A stretch of DNA of 64,000 nucleotides from Leucoraja ocellata (lineage: Eukaryota), in assembly GCA_036785375.1 (NCBI GenBank), contig JAWMAR010001544.1, positions 124,001 to 188,000 on the forward strand. The letters are read 5' to 3'. Numbering within the stretch: the first letter of the stretch is position 1; every line of letters begins with the position of its first letter. Made by a program: the position numbers and the translations under genes. The notes beneath the pieces are model-generated. The model did not search any database. It was not told the origin of the DNA and saw only the letters and a list, made by a program, of their open reading frames with translations. Below, in pieces: positions 24,214 through 38,578 of this stretch.

Positions 24214-24486
24214 TATAGAAGCATAGAAACATAGAGACATAGAAACATAGAGACATAGACACATAGAGACATAGAGACATAGAGACATAGACACATAGAG
24301 ACATAGAGACATAGACACATAGAGACATAGAGACATAGACACATAGACACATAGACACATAGAGACGTAGACACATAGAGACATAGACACATAGAGACAT
24401 AGACACATAGAGACACATAGAGACATAGAGACATAGACACATAGAGACATAGATGCATAGAGACATAGACACATAGAGACATAGAC
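24214..24486. repeat. Octamer satellite (CATAGAVA)n
   Basis: CATAGAGA/CATAGACA/CATAGAAA units. Confidence 0.95.
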
Positions 24487-25348
24487 TAGGTATGTTACAA
24501 AACCTACCTGAATCGTCATTGGGAATCTGCCCACAGCCAGGTCCGCGATTTTGGCGCTGTTTGGAGGGGGCGGGTTTAAAACGCGATTTTTACTAGGCTG
24601 TACTAATCGCAGATGTTCAGCCTAGTAAATCATTAACGAAAAATCGCTGCAAGACCCGGTCGCAAAAGGTATTATTAGTTTTATAGGCCTCGATAATATA
24701 GTTATAATAGTTTTAAAATTACTGTCTTATTCCGCAACCTCTCGCAGCCCCAGGGTTTTATAAAGCAAACAATTAAAGGTATGTACCTTATTTTTACATT
24801 AAATGGGGCATATATATAACCCTATATATCAAGTTATCTATAGCGAGTAGTTCATTTTGGGCTTTTTATATCCCACAGTATTTTTCTGGGCATTTGAGGG
24901 CACTAATCCAGCGCGATGTCAACGTTCTAAACCAGCGCGTTCACATGAACCCACTAGAAAGCCGATTTAAATGGGCATTTATTTACAGCAATTGAACACT
25001 AAATTCCTTCCATTTGGCCTATAAATTAATGTAAATTAGATATAAAAATCATGTTATATTGTGAATTATTTGTGAATAACCTTTGGACACTTAGGCTATT
25101 TAAAAATGTTAATCTTTCCTTAAGAAATGGGCTTTTGACTATCCAAGATCACAGCTTTTTTGTAATGTCCATTGAAAATCAATAGGGAACAAGATGCTAA
25201 TTTCCGAGTATGAAAATGGCCATAACTTTTTTAATACTTGAGATATAAAAGTGAATTTGGTGTCAAATTAAACTTATTGTTATGCTTTATCTGATGGGAT
25301 AAATTGCAGACTTGATTTTTAAAATCTCAAAAATTTGTAACATTGCTA
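24487..25348. mobile_element. Putative non-autonomous DNA transposon (MITE-like) with imperfect 15-bp TIRs
   Basis: Left end TAGGTATGTTACAAA; right end reverse-complements to TAGCAATGTTACAAA; no ORF; satellite on both sides. Confidence 0.55.
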
Positions 25349-27490
25349 CATANNNNNNNNNNNNNNNNNNNNNNNNNNNNNNNNNNNNNNNNNNNNNNNN
25401 NNNNNNNNNNNNNNNNNNNNNNNNNNNNNNNNNNNNNNNNNNNNNNNNNNNNNNNNNNNNNNNNNNNNNNNNNNNNNNNNNNNNNNNNNNNNNNNNNNNN
25501 CATAGACACATAGACACATAGAGACATAGACACATAGACACATAGAGACATAGACACATAGACACATAGAGACATAGAGACACATAGAGGCATAGAGACA
25601 TAGACACATAGAGACATAGACACATAGACACATAGACACATAGACACATAGACACATAGAGACATAGAGACACATAGAGACATAGAGACATAGACACATA
25701 GAGACATAGACACATAGACACATAGACACATAGACACATAGACACATAGAGACATAGAGACATAGAGACATAGACACATAGAGACATAGACACATAGACA
25801 CATAGACACATAGACACATAGAGACATAGACACATAGACACATAGACACATAGACACATAGACACATAGAGACACATAGACACATAGACACATAGAGACA
25901 TAGACACATAGACACATAGAGACATAGACACATAGACACATAGAGACATAGAGACACATAGACACATAGACACATAGAGACATAGACACATAGACACATA
26001 GACACATAGAGACATAGACACATAGAGACACATAGAGACATAGACACATAGAGACACATGGAGACATAGAGACACATAGACACATAGACACATAGACACA
26101 TAGACACATAGACACATAGAGACATAGACACATAGAGACATAGAGACATAGACACATAGACACATAGAGACATAGAGACATAGAAACATAGAGACATAGA
26201 CACATAGACACATAGACACATAGAGACATAGAGACATAGACACATAGAGACATAGAGACACATAGACCCATAGACACATAGACACATAGACACATAGACA
26301 CATAGAGACATAGAGACATAGACACATAGAGACATAGAGACATAGAGACATAGACACATAGACACATAGAGACATAGAGACATAGAAACATAGAGACATA
26401 GACACATAGACACATAGACACATAGAGACATAGAGACATAGACACATAGAGACATAGAGACACATAGACCCATAGACACATAGACACATAGACACATAGA
26501 CACATAGAGACATAGAGACATAGATACATAGAGACATAGAGACATAGAGACATAGAGACATAGACACATAGACACATAGAGACATAGAGACATAGAGACA
26601 TAGAGACATAGAGACATAGAGACATAGAGACACATAGAGACATAGAGACATAGACACATAGAGACATAGAGACATAGAGACATAGACACAGAGACACATA
26701 GAGACATAGAGACATAGAGACACATAGAGACATAGAGACATAGAGACATAAACACATAGAGACATAGAGACATAGACACATAGAGACATAGAGACACATA
26801 GAGACACATAGAGACATAGAGACACATAGAGACATAGAGACATAGAGCCACATAGAGACATAGAGACACATAGAGACACATAGAGACATAGAGACATAGA
26901 CACATATACACATAGAGACATAGAGACATAGAGACACATAGAGACATAGAGACATAGACACATAGAGACATAGAGACACATAGAGACACATAGAGACATA
27001 GAGACACATAGAGACATAGAGACATAGAGACACATAGAGACATAGAGACATAGACACATAGAGAAATAGACACATAGAGACATAGAGACACATAGAGACA
27101 CATAGAGACATAGAGACACATAGACACATAGAGACATAGAGACACATAGAGACATAGAGACATAGACACATAGACACATAGAGACATAGAGACATAGAGA
27201 CACATAGAGACATAGAGACATAGACACATAGAGACATAGAGACACATAGAGACACATAGAGACATAGAGACACATAGAGACATAGAGACATAGAGACACA
27301 TAGAGACCTAGAGACACATAGAGACACATAGAGACATAGACACATAGAGACACATAGAGACATAGACACATAGACACATAGAGACATAGAGACATAGAGA
27401 CACATAGAGACATAGAGACACATAGAGACATAGACACATAGACACATAGAGACATAGAGACATAGAGACATAGAGACACATAGAGACATA
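25349..27490. repeat. Octamer/decamer satellite (CATAGACA/CATAGAGA)n, with N-gap
   Basis: About 2 kb of tandem units. Confidence 0.95.
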
Positions 27491-30400
27491 TTGATCCTTT
27501 TAATTTTGCACAGTGTGTGTCTGGTCCCACACACGAACAGGGACATACATTGGACCTTGTATTATCTTATGGTTTGCCTGTGTTAAACTTGGAGGTCTGT
27601 GACAGTATGTTTTCTGATCACATGCCGGTAATCTTTGATGTTGGTTTCTCCAGTGCTGCTGTTAGACCTGTTGCGTCTGCTCGGCGCTGTCGGACCATTA
27701 ACCCCTCTACTGCTGGCCAGTTCTCTACCGCCTTCAATCAGCTCTGTGCCCCCTCTGCGTCAGTTTCCATCGGTACGGAGGAGATTAGTTCTTGGTTCCA
27801 CTCCTCCTGCAGAACTATTCTCGACTCTGTGACCCCATTAAAAACTTTGCAGCCCAGAGCTAAACCCGAGCCCTGGTTGTGTGACGCAACTCGTACAGCT
27901 CGACGGGAGTGTCGCAGAGCTGAGCGAATGTGGAAGAAGGACAGGCTACAGGTTTCATCACAAATCCTAAAGGACAGCTGGCGAAACTACCAAAATACTG
28001 TTAAAGAGGCAAAAAGATATTATCTCTCTAATATAATAGTGTCTAAGCGCCACGATCCACGTACGTTATTCAAAACTATTGATTCTGTTTTAAATGCCCC
28101 ACAGCCTGTCTGCCTGGAAGCATCGCCCGAATTGTGCAACGACTTCCTGCACTTCTTTATAAACAAGGTTGTTTCTATTAGGGCTCTTATCTCAGCTCCT
28201 GCCTCAGACCCACCTGTTCCGGCCCCTTGCCTGGTGGCATTTGATAAGTTTGTTTCCCTGACGCTGTCGGGTCTAGAGGATGTGGTTACCCATATCAAGC
28301 CGTCGGGCTCCCCATGTGATGCTGTCCCTCCTCTTCTTTTTAAAGAGGTCTTCCCGAGCATAGGGCATTCGGTCCTCGCCATCATAAACAGTAGCTTGTC
28401 TTCTGGGGTTGTCCCCGTAAAATTTAAACATGCTGTAGTGCAGCCATTACTCAAGAAACCTGGCCTGGACCAGACTGTCCTGGCCAATTTTAGGCCAATC
28501 TCCAAGCTGCCATTTATCTCGAAAATCATGGAGAAAGTAGTTTATGCCCAGCTGAAACTCTTCCTGGATGAGCACAACATCCGGGAGGTCTTTCAGTCTG
28601 GCTTCAAGGCTATGCATAGCACAGAGTCGGCTTTGCTAAGGGTCTCTAACGACATCCTCCTGGCAAACGACTCCGGTAATTATGTGGTTCTTGTCTTGCT
28701 GGACCTATCTGCCGCCTTCGACACTGTGGACCATGGAATATTAATTTCCCGATTACAGCAACAAGTGGGCATCTGTGGCAGTGCCCTGGGATGGTTCAGG
28801 TCCTATCTGGCAGATAGAACCATGCGTGTAAGCCTTGGTGGCCTTGAATCCTCCTCTGCTCCCTTGGCATATGGGGTTCCACAGGGCTCAATTTTAGGGC
28901 CCCTGCTTTTCTCCCTTTATCTACTTCCACTGGGCTCAATTTTAAGAAGGCATGGCATCTCCTTTCACTTTTACGCGGATGATAGCCAGTTGTACATGCC
29001 ACTCAGGAAAGAAGATAATTATTCCCTAAAATCACTTCTGTCTTGTCTTGAGGACATTAAACATAGAAACATAGAAACATAGAAATTAGGTGCAGGAGTA
29101 GGCCATTCGGCCCTTCGAGCCTGCACCGCCATTTAATATGATCATGGCTGATCATCCAACTCAGTATCCCGTACCTGCCTTCTCTCCATACCCCCTGATC
29201 CCCTTGGCCACAAGGGCCACATCTAACTCCCTCTTAAATATAGCCAATGAACTGGCCTCAACTACCCTCTGTGGCAGAGAGTTCCAGAGATTCACCACTC
29301 TCTGTGTGAAAAAAGTTCTCCTCATCTCGGTTTTAAAGGATTTCCCCCTTATCCTTAAGCTGTGACCCCTTGTCCTGGACTTCCCCAACATCGGGAACAA
29401 TCTTCCTGCATCTAGCCTGTCCAACCCCTTAAGAATTTTGTAAGTTTCTATAAGATCCCCTCTCAATCTCATAAATTCTAGAGAGTATAAACCAAGTCTA
29501 TCCAGTCTTTCTTCATAAGACAGTCCTGATATCCCAGGAATCAGTCTGGTAAACCTTCTCTGCACTCCCTCTATGGCAATAATGTCCTTCCTCAGATTTG
29601 GAGACCAAAACTGCACGCAATACTCCAGGTGTGGTCTCACCAATACCCTGTACAACTGCAGTAGAACCTCCCTGCTCCTATACTCAAATCCTCTTGCTAT
29701 GAAAGCCAACATACCATTCGCTTTCTTTACTGCCTGCTGCACCTGCATGCCTACCTTCAATGACTGGTGTACCATGTCTCGCTGCATCTCCCCCTTTCCC
29801 AATCGGCCACCATTTAGATAATAATCTGCTTTCCCGTTTTTGCCACCAAAATGGATAACCTCACATTTATCCACATTAAACTGCATCTGCCAAACATTTG
29901 CCCACTCACCCAGCCTATCCAAGTCACCTTGCAGTCTCCTAGCATCCTCCTCACACCTAACACTGCCCCCCAGCTTAGTGTCATCCGCAAACTTGGAGAT
30001 ATTGCCTTCAATTCCCTCATCCAGATCATTAATATATATTGTAAATAGCTGGGGTCCCAGTACTGAGCCTTGCGGTACCCCACTAGTCACTGCCTGCCAT
30101 TGTGAAAAGGACCCGTTTACGCCTACTCTTTGCTTCCTGTTTGCCAGCCAGTTCTCTATCCACATCAATACTGAACCCCCAATGCCATGTGCTTTAAGTT
30201 TGTATACTGAAGTCCTGGATGGCCTTAAACTTTCTGGGACTTAACGAAAAAAAGACAGAAATGATTTTGTTCGGCCCTAATGGCTGCCGTGAACCTCCCT
30301 CTGTTGACTTGGGTCCACTTGCAGTGTTCGTAAAGCCAACAGTTTTAAACCTGGGTTTTATGATGGACGGTGATTTTAAATTAGATAAACAAATAGGCGC

Positions 30401-31144
30401 AGTGGTTAAGTCCAGCTTCTTTCACCTAAGGAAGCTGGCAAAGGTGAAGCCCATTCTCGAGCGGCAGCATTTTGAAACAGTAATTCACGCCTTTATTTCA
30501 TCTCGGCTGGATTACTGTAATGCGCTCTACACTGGAGTCTCACGAGCTTCGTTGGCTCGTCTCCAGTTGGCCCAAAATGCTGCCGCTCGCCTTTTAACCG
30601 GAACTCGAAAGAGGGAGCTCATTACGCCAATTTTGGCCTCCCTTCACTGGCTCCCAGTGCACTTTCGAGTTCATTTTAAAATTATTTTATTTGTTTTTAA
30701 ATCATTGAATGGCCTCGCCCCACCTTACCTCTCTGAGCTGCTCCACCTATATGCTCCTACCCGGTGCCTCAGGTCAGCGGATCAGCTGCTCCTTGAGGTA
30801 CCAAGGTCTAAGCGGAAGCTCAGAGGGGATAGAGCCTTTTCTGTTGCTGCCCCGGCACTCTGGAACACCTTGCCGCTGCAGATCAAACAGGCCCCTTCAC
30901 TGTCCATCTTTAAATCCTCCCTAAAAACTCACTTTTATTCACTGGCTTTCGACACTGGCTGAGACATTGTTCCTGTTTTAGTGCTTTTAATGTCTTTTAA
31001 TTTTTTACTGTTTTTATAGTCCTGTCGTCTTAATGGTTTTAGTAGTTTGTAATAACTTTTTGTTGATTTCCCATGTACAGCACTTTGTGGTAACTGATGT
31101 TGTCTAAAAGCGCTTTATAAATAAAGTTATTATTATTATTATTA
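27491..31144 (+). mobile_element. L2-clade LINE, 5'-truncated, split by a CR1 insertion
   Basis: THEQGHTLDLV, NFRPISKLPFISK, LLDLSAAFDTVDH, GVPQGSILGP, YADDSQLY (27517-29060). ORF resumes SWMALNFL at about 30210; ends AATAAA plus (ATT)n tail. Confidence 0.92.
29061..30209 (-). mobile_element. Young CR1 LINE, 5'-truncated, (TTTCTATG)n tail
   Basis: Open frame 29161-30168 with FADDTKL; interrupts L2 at EDIK|SWM. Confidence 0.92.
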
Positions 31145-31680
31145 TAGAGACATAGACACATAGACACATAGAGACATAGAGACACATAGAGACATAGAGA
31201 CACATAGAGACATAGAGACACATAGAGACATAGACACATAGACACATAGACACATAGACACATAGACACATAGACACATAGACCCATAGACACATAGAGA
31301 CATAGACACATAGACACATAGACACATAGACACATAGAGATATAGACACATAGACACATAGACGCATAGAGACATAGAGACATAGAGATATAGAGACACA
31401 TAGACACATAGAGACATAGACACATAGACACATAGACACATAGAGACATAGACACATAGAGACATAGAAACATAGACACATAGACACATAGAGACATAGA
31501 CACATAGACACATAGACACATAGAGACATAGACACATAGACACATAGACACATAGACACATAGAGACATAGACACATAGAAACATAGACGCATAGAGACA
31601 TAGAGACATAGAGATATAGAGACACATAGACACATAGAGACATAGACACATAGACACATAGAAACATAGAAACATAGAAA
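31145..31680. repeat. Octamer satellite grading into a CR1 tail
   Basis: CATAGACA/GAGA units ending in CATAGAAA next to the CR1 3' UTR. Confidence 0.95.
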
Positions 31681-34600
31681 GTAGGTGCGAGAGCAGACCA
31701 CCAGGTCCATCGAGCCCGCACCGCCATTCGCTCATGGCTGAACACTAAACAGACACACTTACCCACAAACAGTAGACACAAGACACAGAACACAAGACAC
31801 AACCCTCCCCTTTATACCGCTATCACCCCTCTCCACCCCAAGAACCTCGTGATCTCCTGGGGGAGGCAAAAAAACGGATAAAAACCCAGGTCCAATTCGG
31901 GAAAAAAATCCGGGAAATTCCTCTCCGACCCCAATCTAGGCGATCGACACTTGTCCAGGAGATCACTCAGGTCTTACTATACTAACCATACCTAGGTCCA
32001 TATCCCTGCCCTCTCCCCGTAGCCCCTTATCCCCTTGGCAGCTAAAAAAACATCTATTTTAGTCTTAAATATATTTAAAGTTTCTGCTTCCACTGCTCCC
32101 TGGGGCAGTGAATTCCATAAATTAACCACCCTCTGGGTGAAGAAGTTCTTCCTCATCTCAGTTTTAAAAGAGCCCCCCCTTATTCTGCAACTATGTCCCC
32201 TAGTTCTAGTTTCCCCGATCATTGGGAACATCCTCGGTGCATCCACCCGATCAAGGCCCCTCACGATCTTATATGTTTCAATGAGAACGCCTCTCATTCT
32301 TCTAAACTCCAAAGAGTAGAGTTCCAGCCTACTTAACCTTTCCTCATATGTCAATCCCCTCATTGCAGGAATTAATCTTGTAAACCTTCGCTGCACTGCC
32401 TCCAGGGCTAGTACATCCTTTCTTAAGTATGGACCCCAGAACTGTACACAGTATTCCAAATGTGGTCTCACTAATACTGTGTACAGCTGCAGCAAGACCT
32501 CCGTGTTTTTATACTCAATCCCCCTAGCAATAAAGGCCAAAACTCCATTGGCCTTCCTGATTGCTTGCTGCACCTGCATACTAACTTTCAGTGATTCATG
32601 TACTAATACCCCTAGATCCCTTTGCGTTGCATTACAACGCAGCTCCTCCTCATTTAGAAAATAACTTGCCCTATCATTTTTTTTCCCAAAGTGAATGACT
32701 TCACATTTATTAGTATTAAATTTCATCTGCCAAGTTGTTGCCCACTCACCTAGCTTATCTATATCCTTTTGCAGACTCTTCCTATCCTCCTCATCCCCTA
32801 CTTTTCCTCCCATTTTTGTATCGTCCGCAAATTTTGATATATTACACTTGGTTCCCTCCTCCAAATCATTTATATAAATTGTGAACAACTGGGGTCCCAG
32901 CACCGACCCTTGCGGAACCCCGCTAGTTACCGGTTGCCATCCCGAGTATGAACCATTTATCCCCACTCTCTGCTTCCTATTTGTTAGCCAATCCTCTACC
33001 CATGCTAATATATTACCCCCAATCCCATAATTTTTTATTTTTAGCAATAGTCTCTTATGTGGCACCTTGTGAAAAGCCTTTTGGAAGTCCAAGTATACCA
33101 CATCCACCGGTTCCCCTTTATCCACCCGGGTTGTTACTTCCTCAAAGAATTCGAGCAGATTCGTTAAACAGGACTTCCGCTTCACAAAACCATGCTGGTT
33201 CTGTCCGATGAAGTCATGTTTATCCAAGTGCCCCGTTAGTGTTTCTTTAATAATTGTCTCTAACATTTTACCCACCACCGATGTTAGACTAACCGGTCTA
33301 TAGTTACCCGCCTTCTGTTTACTTCCTTTTTTAAATATAGGTGTTACATTGGCCATTTTCCAATCCACTGGGACCGTTCCTGCCTCCAAGGAGTTTTGGA
33401 AAATTATCACCAATGCATCTACAATCCCCACCGCTATCTCCCTCAAGACCCTTGGATGTAATCCATCAGGCCCAGGGGATTTATCCTCCTTCAGTCTCAT
33501 TAATTTCCCTAATACCACCTCCTTGGTGATCTTAATAGTATTTAGCTCCTCCATTCCTACCGCCCCCTGTTTATCCAGCGTTGGAATATTTTTTGTGTCT
33601 TCTATGGTGAAGACTGATACAAAATACTCGTTTAATGCCTTTGCCATTTCCATGTTCCCCACCAACAACTCTCCAGTCTCACCCTCCAATGGACCAACGT
33701 TCACCTTAGCCACCCTTTTTCTTTTTATATAGCTATAAAAACTCTTACTATTAGTTTTTATGTTGTTCGCTAAATTCCTTTCATAGTCTATTTTCCCCGT
33801 CTTAATTAATCTCTTAGTTATTTTTTGCTGACCTTTAAATGCTTCCCAATCCTCTACCCTCCCACTATCTCTGGCTACCTTATATGCCCTTGCCTTCAGC
33901 CGAATACTATCCTTTATAGTTTTACTGAGCCATGGCTGACTGTTCTTACCCTTACCCCTTTTTTTCTTCAAAGGAATACATTTTTCTTGAAGGTTATACA
34001 GTATACCCTTAAACGTACACCACTGCTCATGTACCGTCTTATTCTTGAGTCTGCTATCCCAGTCAACTTTGATCAGCTCAGTCCTCATACCTTCATAATC
34101 CCCCTTATTTAGACTAAGCACCCTAGCCTGAGTTTCAACCTGCTCCCCTTCTATTTGAATATGGAATTCGACCATATTGTGGTCACTTGTTCCCAACGAG
34201 TCCCTAACTATGACATTTTTAATTAATCCTGCTTCATTACACAGGACCAGATCCAAGATTGCCTCCCCCCTTGTCGGTTCTGTGACATACTGTTCTAGGA
34301 ACCCGTCTCTAATACATTCTATAAACTCTTCCTCTAGTCTACCCTGCCCAGTTTGGTTTGCCCAATTAATATGAAAATTGAAGTCCCCCATGATTACAGC
34401 AGTTCCCTTTTTACATGCGTCAACTATTTGCAGATTTATGTTCTGACTAACAGCGTCACAGCTATTTGGAGGTCTATAAATTACACCCACTAGTGTTTTT
34501 TCCCCTTATTATTCTCTATCTGTACCCAAGCTGTTTCACTATCCTGATCCTTCAACGCAATATCCTTCCTCTCTATTGCTGTTATTCCCTCCCTTATTAA

Positions 34601-35987
34601 AAGGGCCACCCATCCTCCCTTTCTTTCCTGTCTATCTTTCCTAATTGTCGAGTACCCCTCTATATTTAACTCCCAGTCCTGATCCCCTTGCAGCCATGTC
34701 TCCGTAATGGCCACGATATCATAACTATATATACTTAATTGCACCGTTAATTCATTTATCTTATTACGAATACTCCGTGCATTTAGATAAAGCACTTTCA
34801 GATGATTTTTACTACCCTTCCTTTCCGTTTTTGCCCCTTTTACATCTAAAGCTTTATCTTCACACATTCTGTCTCCTGTCACATTTTGACTTTCCGCTTC
34901 CCCACTGATACCCTGCTCTATTTCCTCTACCCCTGCCGTTATTACCCCCCTTGATACCTCCCCCCCGCTACTTAGTTTAAAGACCTCTCTACTGCCCTAG
35001 TTATATGATTTGCCAGGACCCCAGTCCCAGCACCGTTCAGGTGAAGTCCGTCCTTACAGAACAGATCCCCCCTGTCCCAGTACTGGTGCCAGTGGCCCAA
35101 GAAACCAAACCCATTATTCCCACACCAGTCTTTGAGCCACGCATTTAGCTTTTTAATTTTACGTACCCTCGCCGATTTGGCCCGTGGCTCAGGTAGCAAT
35201 CCGGAGATCAGTACCCTTGAGGTTCTGCTTTTTAATTTATTCCCTAACTGCTCAAACTCCTTCAGCAGATCCTCCTTCCTCGTCCTTCCTATGTCATTGG
35301 TCCCCACATGGACCACGACCACTGGATCCTCCCCCTCCCTCTGCAAATTTCTCTCCAGCATCGCAGAGATATCCTTAACCCTAGCACCGGGTAGGCAACA
35401 CAGCCTTCGGGACATGTTCTGCTGGCCGCAGAGAACCTTATCTACCCCCCGAATAATACTATCCCCTATCACTACGGCATTTCTTCTAACTCCCCCCTCT
35501 TGAATGGCCTCCTGATCCACGGTGCTGCAGCCAGGTTGCTCATCCCTCCCACAGCCCCTGATCCCGTCCTTACATTGAGTAAGAGCCTCGGTCATGCTCG
35601 TCAGGGACAAGGGCTGTGGCTCCTGCCGCATCTCCTCCTGGTTCCCCCTACCTGCCTCGCTTATGGCCACACCTTCCTTTCCTTGCTCACTGCCTACTGA
35701 ATTAGTTAAACTGGTCGGTGTGACCATCCCCTGGTACAAAACATCCAGGTAATACTCCCCCTCCCTGATGTACCGCAGCGTATGAAGTTGGGTCTCCAGC
35801 TCATCAATGCGGAGCTGGAGTTCCTCTAGCCTCAAACACTTACTGCAGCTGTAGGGATCTTCTACATCAATGGTGTCGACAAATTCCCACATCTCGCAGT
35901 ATTGGCACATCTCCTGACCGCCCATCTTATATAAGTAATTAACTAGTCCTATTTAAGAATCCCCTACTGTATTGATACACCCCTTAT
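31660..35987 (-). mobile_element. Near-full-length CR1 LINE: ORF1 (Zn finger + SGNH esterase, 34972-35925) and ORF2 (APE-RT, 31992-34882, one frameshift at ~34490)
   Basis: CxxC...CxxC, VIGDSIIRG, VHVGTND, DGLHLN; YLNARSIRNK, ITETWL, GDFNF, FADDTK. Confidence 0.95.
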
Positions 35988-36723
35988 TATAGACACATAG
36001 AGACATAGACACATAGACACATAGACACATAGAGACATAGACACATAGACACATAGACACATAGACACATAGACACATAGACCCATAGACACATAGACCC
36101 ATAGACACATAGACACATAGAGACATAGACACATAGACACATAGACACATAGACACATAGAGACATAGACACATAGACACATAGACGCATAGAGACATAG
36201 AGACATAGAGATATAGAGACACATAGACGCATAGAGACATAGAGACATAGAGATATAGAGACACATAGACACATAGAGACATAGACACATAGACACATAG
36301 ACGCATAGAGACATAGAGACATAGAGATATAGAGACACATAGAAACATAGAGACATAGACACATAGAAATATAGACACATAGAGACATAGAAACACAGAG
36401 ACATAGACACATAGACACATAGAGACAGAAACATAGAGACATAGACACATAGAGACATAGAGACATAGAGACATAGACACATAGACACATAGAGACATAG
36501 AGACATAGACACATAGACACATAGAGACAGAAACATAGAGACATAGACACATAGACACATAGAGACATAGAGACATAGACACATAGAGACATAGAGACAC
36601 AGACACATAGAAACATAGAGACTGAAACATAGAGACATAGACACAGACACATAGACACATAGAAACATAGAGACATAGACACATAGAGACATAGACACAT
36701 AGAGACATAGACACATAGAGACA
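35988..36723. repeat. Octamer satellite
   Basis: Tandem CATAGAVA units. Confidence 0.95.
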
Positions 36724-37642
36724 CTACGGTGGTGGGACTCATCTCCGGGGGGGACGAGTACGCCTACCGGGATGAGGTGGAGCAGCTGACAGTGTGGTGT
36801 GAAGAAAATAACCTGCTCCTCAACACCTTAAAGACAAAGGAAGTAATAATAGATTTCAGGAAGAATAAAACGGACATGGTACCATTGACTATCAGAGGGG
36901 ACTGTGTAGAGAGGGTGGCGGATTTCCGCTTCCTGGGAATCCATATTGAGGAGGACCTGACGTGGAGCGTGAACACCACTGCGCTGCTGAAAAAGGTCCA
37001 GCAGAGACTGCACTTCCTGAGGGTGCTCAGGAAGAATAACATCACTCAGAGACTGCTGCTGTCCTTTTATCGGTGCTCCATTGAGAGCATACTAACATAC
37101 TGTGTATGCGTGTGGTACACCAGCTGCACAGCGGCTCAGAGGAAAGCGCTCCAGAGGGCCATTGACAACGCCCAGAGGATTGTCGGCTGCCCTCTCCTTA
37201 CCTTGGAGGACTTACACAGTTCCCGCTGCACCAAAAAATCCCAGAATATCATAAAGGACATTTCCCACCCCGGACACTCCCTGTTTGAACTGTTGCCGTC
37301 AGGCAGACGGTACAGATCTACAAGGACAAGGACAAATAGACTAAAAAACAGTTTTTACCCCACTGCTATAAAAGCACTAAATGTAGCCGCCAAGGAACGC
37401 AGGGGCGATACAGACTAAGGGACTGGTACACTGTGAAATCGACAGAAGGATGGAGGGTTGGGTGTGTATGCGTGCTTTGTTCGTGATATTTATTTAGTTG
37501 TTTATCTTTTAATATTTTACCTTGTATGTATCGTTAGCTTTTAGAAATGTTTGAATGCTGCACTGACTGGCTGACATTTTAAATTTTGTTGTACATGGTT
37601 CATGTTACAATGACAATAAAGAAACTATTCTATTCTATTCTA
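36720..37642 (+). mobile_element. Rex1/Babar-like LINE 3' part, (ATTCT)n tail
   Basis: DTTVVGLI...KTKEVIIDFRK...FRFLGIHI...LPSGRRYRS; AATAAA then tail. Confidence 0.88.
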
Positions 37643-38117
37643 GACACATAGAAACATAGAGACATAGACACATAGACACATAGAAACATAGAGACATAGA
37701 GACATAGACACATAGACACATAGACACATAGAAACATAGAGACATAGACACATTGAGACAGAGACACATAGACACATAGACACATAGACACATAGACACA
37801 TAGAAACATAGAGACATAGACACATAGACACATAGAAACATAGAGACATAGACACATAGAGACATAGACACATAGACATAGACACATAGACACATAGAGA
37901 CATAGAGACATAGAGACATAGACACATAGAGACACATAGACACATAGAGACATAGACACATAGAGACATCGACACATAGACACATAGACACATAGAGACA
38001 TAGAGACATAGACACATAGACACATAGAGACACATAGACACATAGAGACATAGACACATAGAGACATCGACACATAGACACATAGACACATAGACATACA
38101 AACATAGAAACATAGAA
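37641..38117. repeat. Octamer satellite grading into a CR1 tail
   Basis: Tandem units. Confidence 0.93.
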
Positions 38118-38455
38118 ATTAGGTGCAGGAGTAGGCCATTCGGCCCTTCGAGCCTGCACCGCCATTCATTATGATCATGGCTGATCATCCAACTCAGTAT
38201 CCCGTATCTGCCTTCTCTCCATACCCCCTGATCCCCTTAGCCACAAGGGCTACATCTAACTCCCTCTTAAATATAGCCAATGAACTGGCCTCAACTACCC
38301 TCTGTGGCAGAGAGTTCCAGAGATTCACCACTCGCTGTGTGAAAAAAGTTCTTCTCATCTCGGTTTTAAAGGATTTCCCCCTTATCCTTAAGCTGTGACC
38401 CCTTGTCCTGGACTTCCCTAACATCGGGAACAATCTTCCTGCATCTAGCCTGTCC
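38100..38455 (-). mobile_element. Short CR1 3' fragment (same subfamily as the 29061 and 42826 copies)
   Basis: DRLDAGRLFPMLGKSRTRGH...; near-identical 3' UTR. Confidence 0.9.
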
Positions 38456-38578
38456 ACACATAGACACATAGACACATAGACACATAGAGACATAGACACA
38501 TAGACACATAGACACATAGAGACATAGACACATAGAGACATAGACACATAGACACATAGACACATAGAGACATAGAAA
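38456..38578. repeat. Octamer satellite adjoining a CR1 tail
   Basis: Tandem units. Confidence 0.9.
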
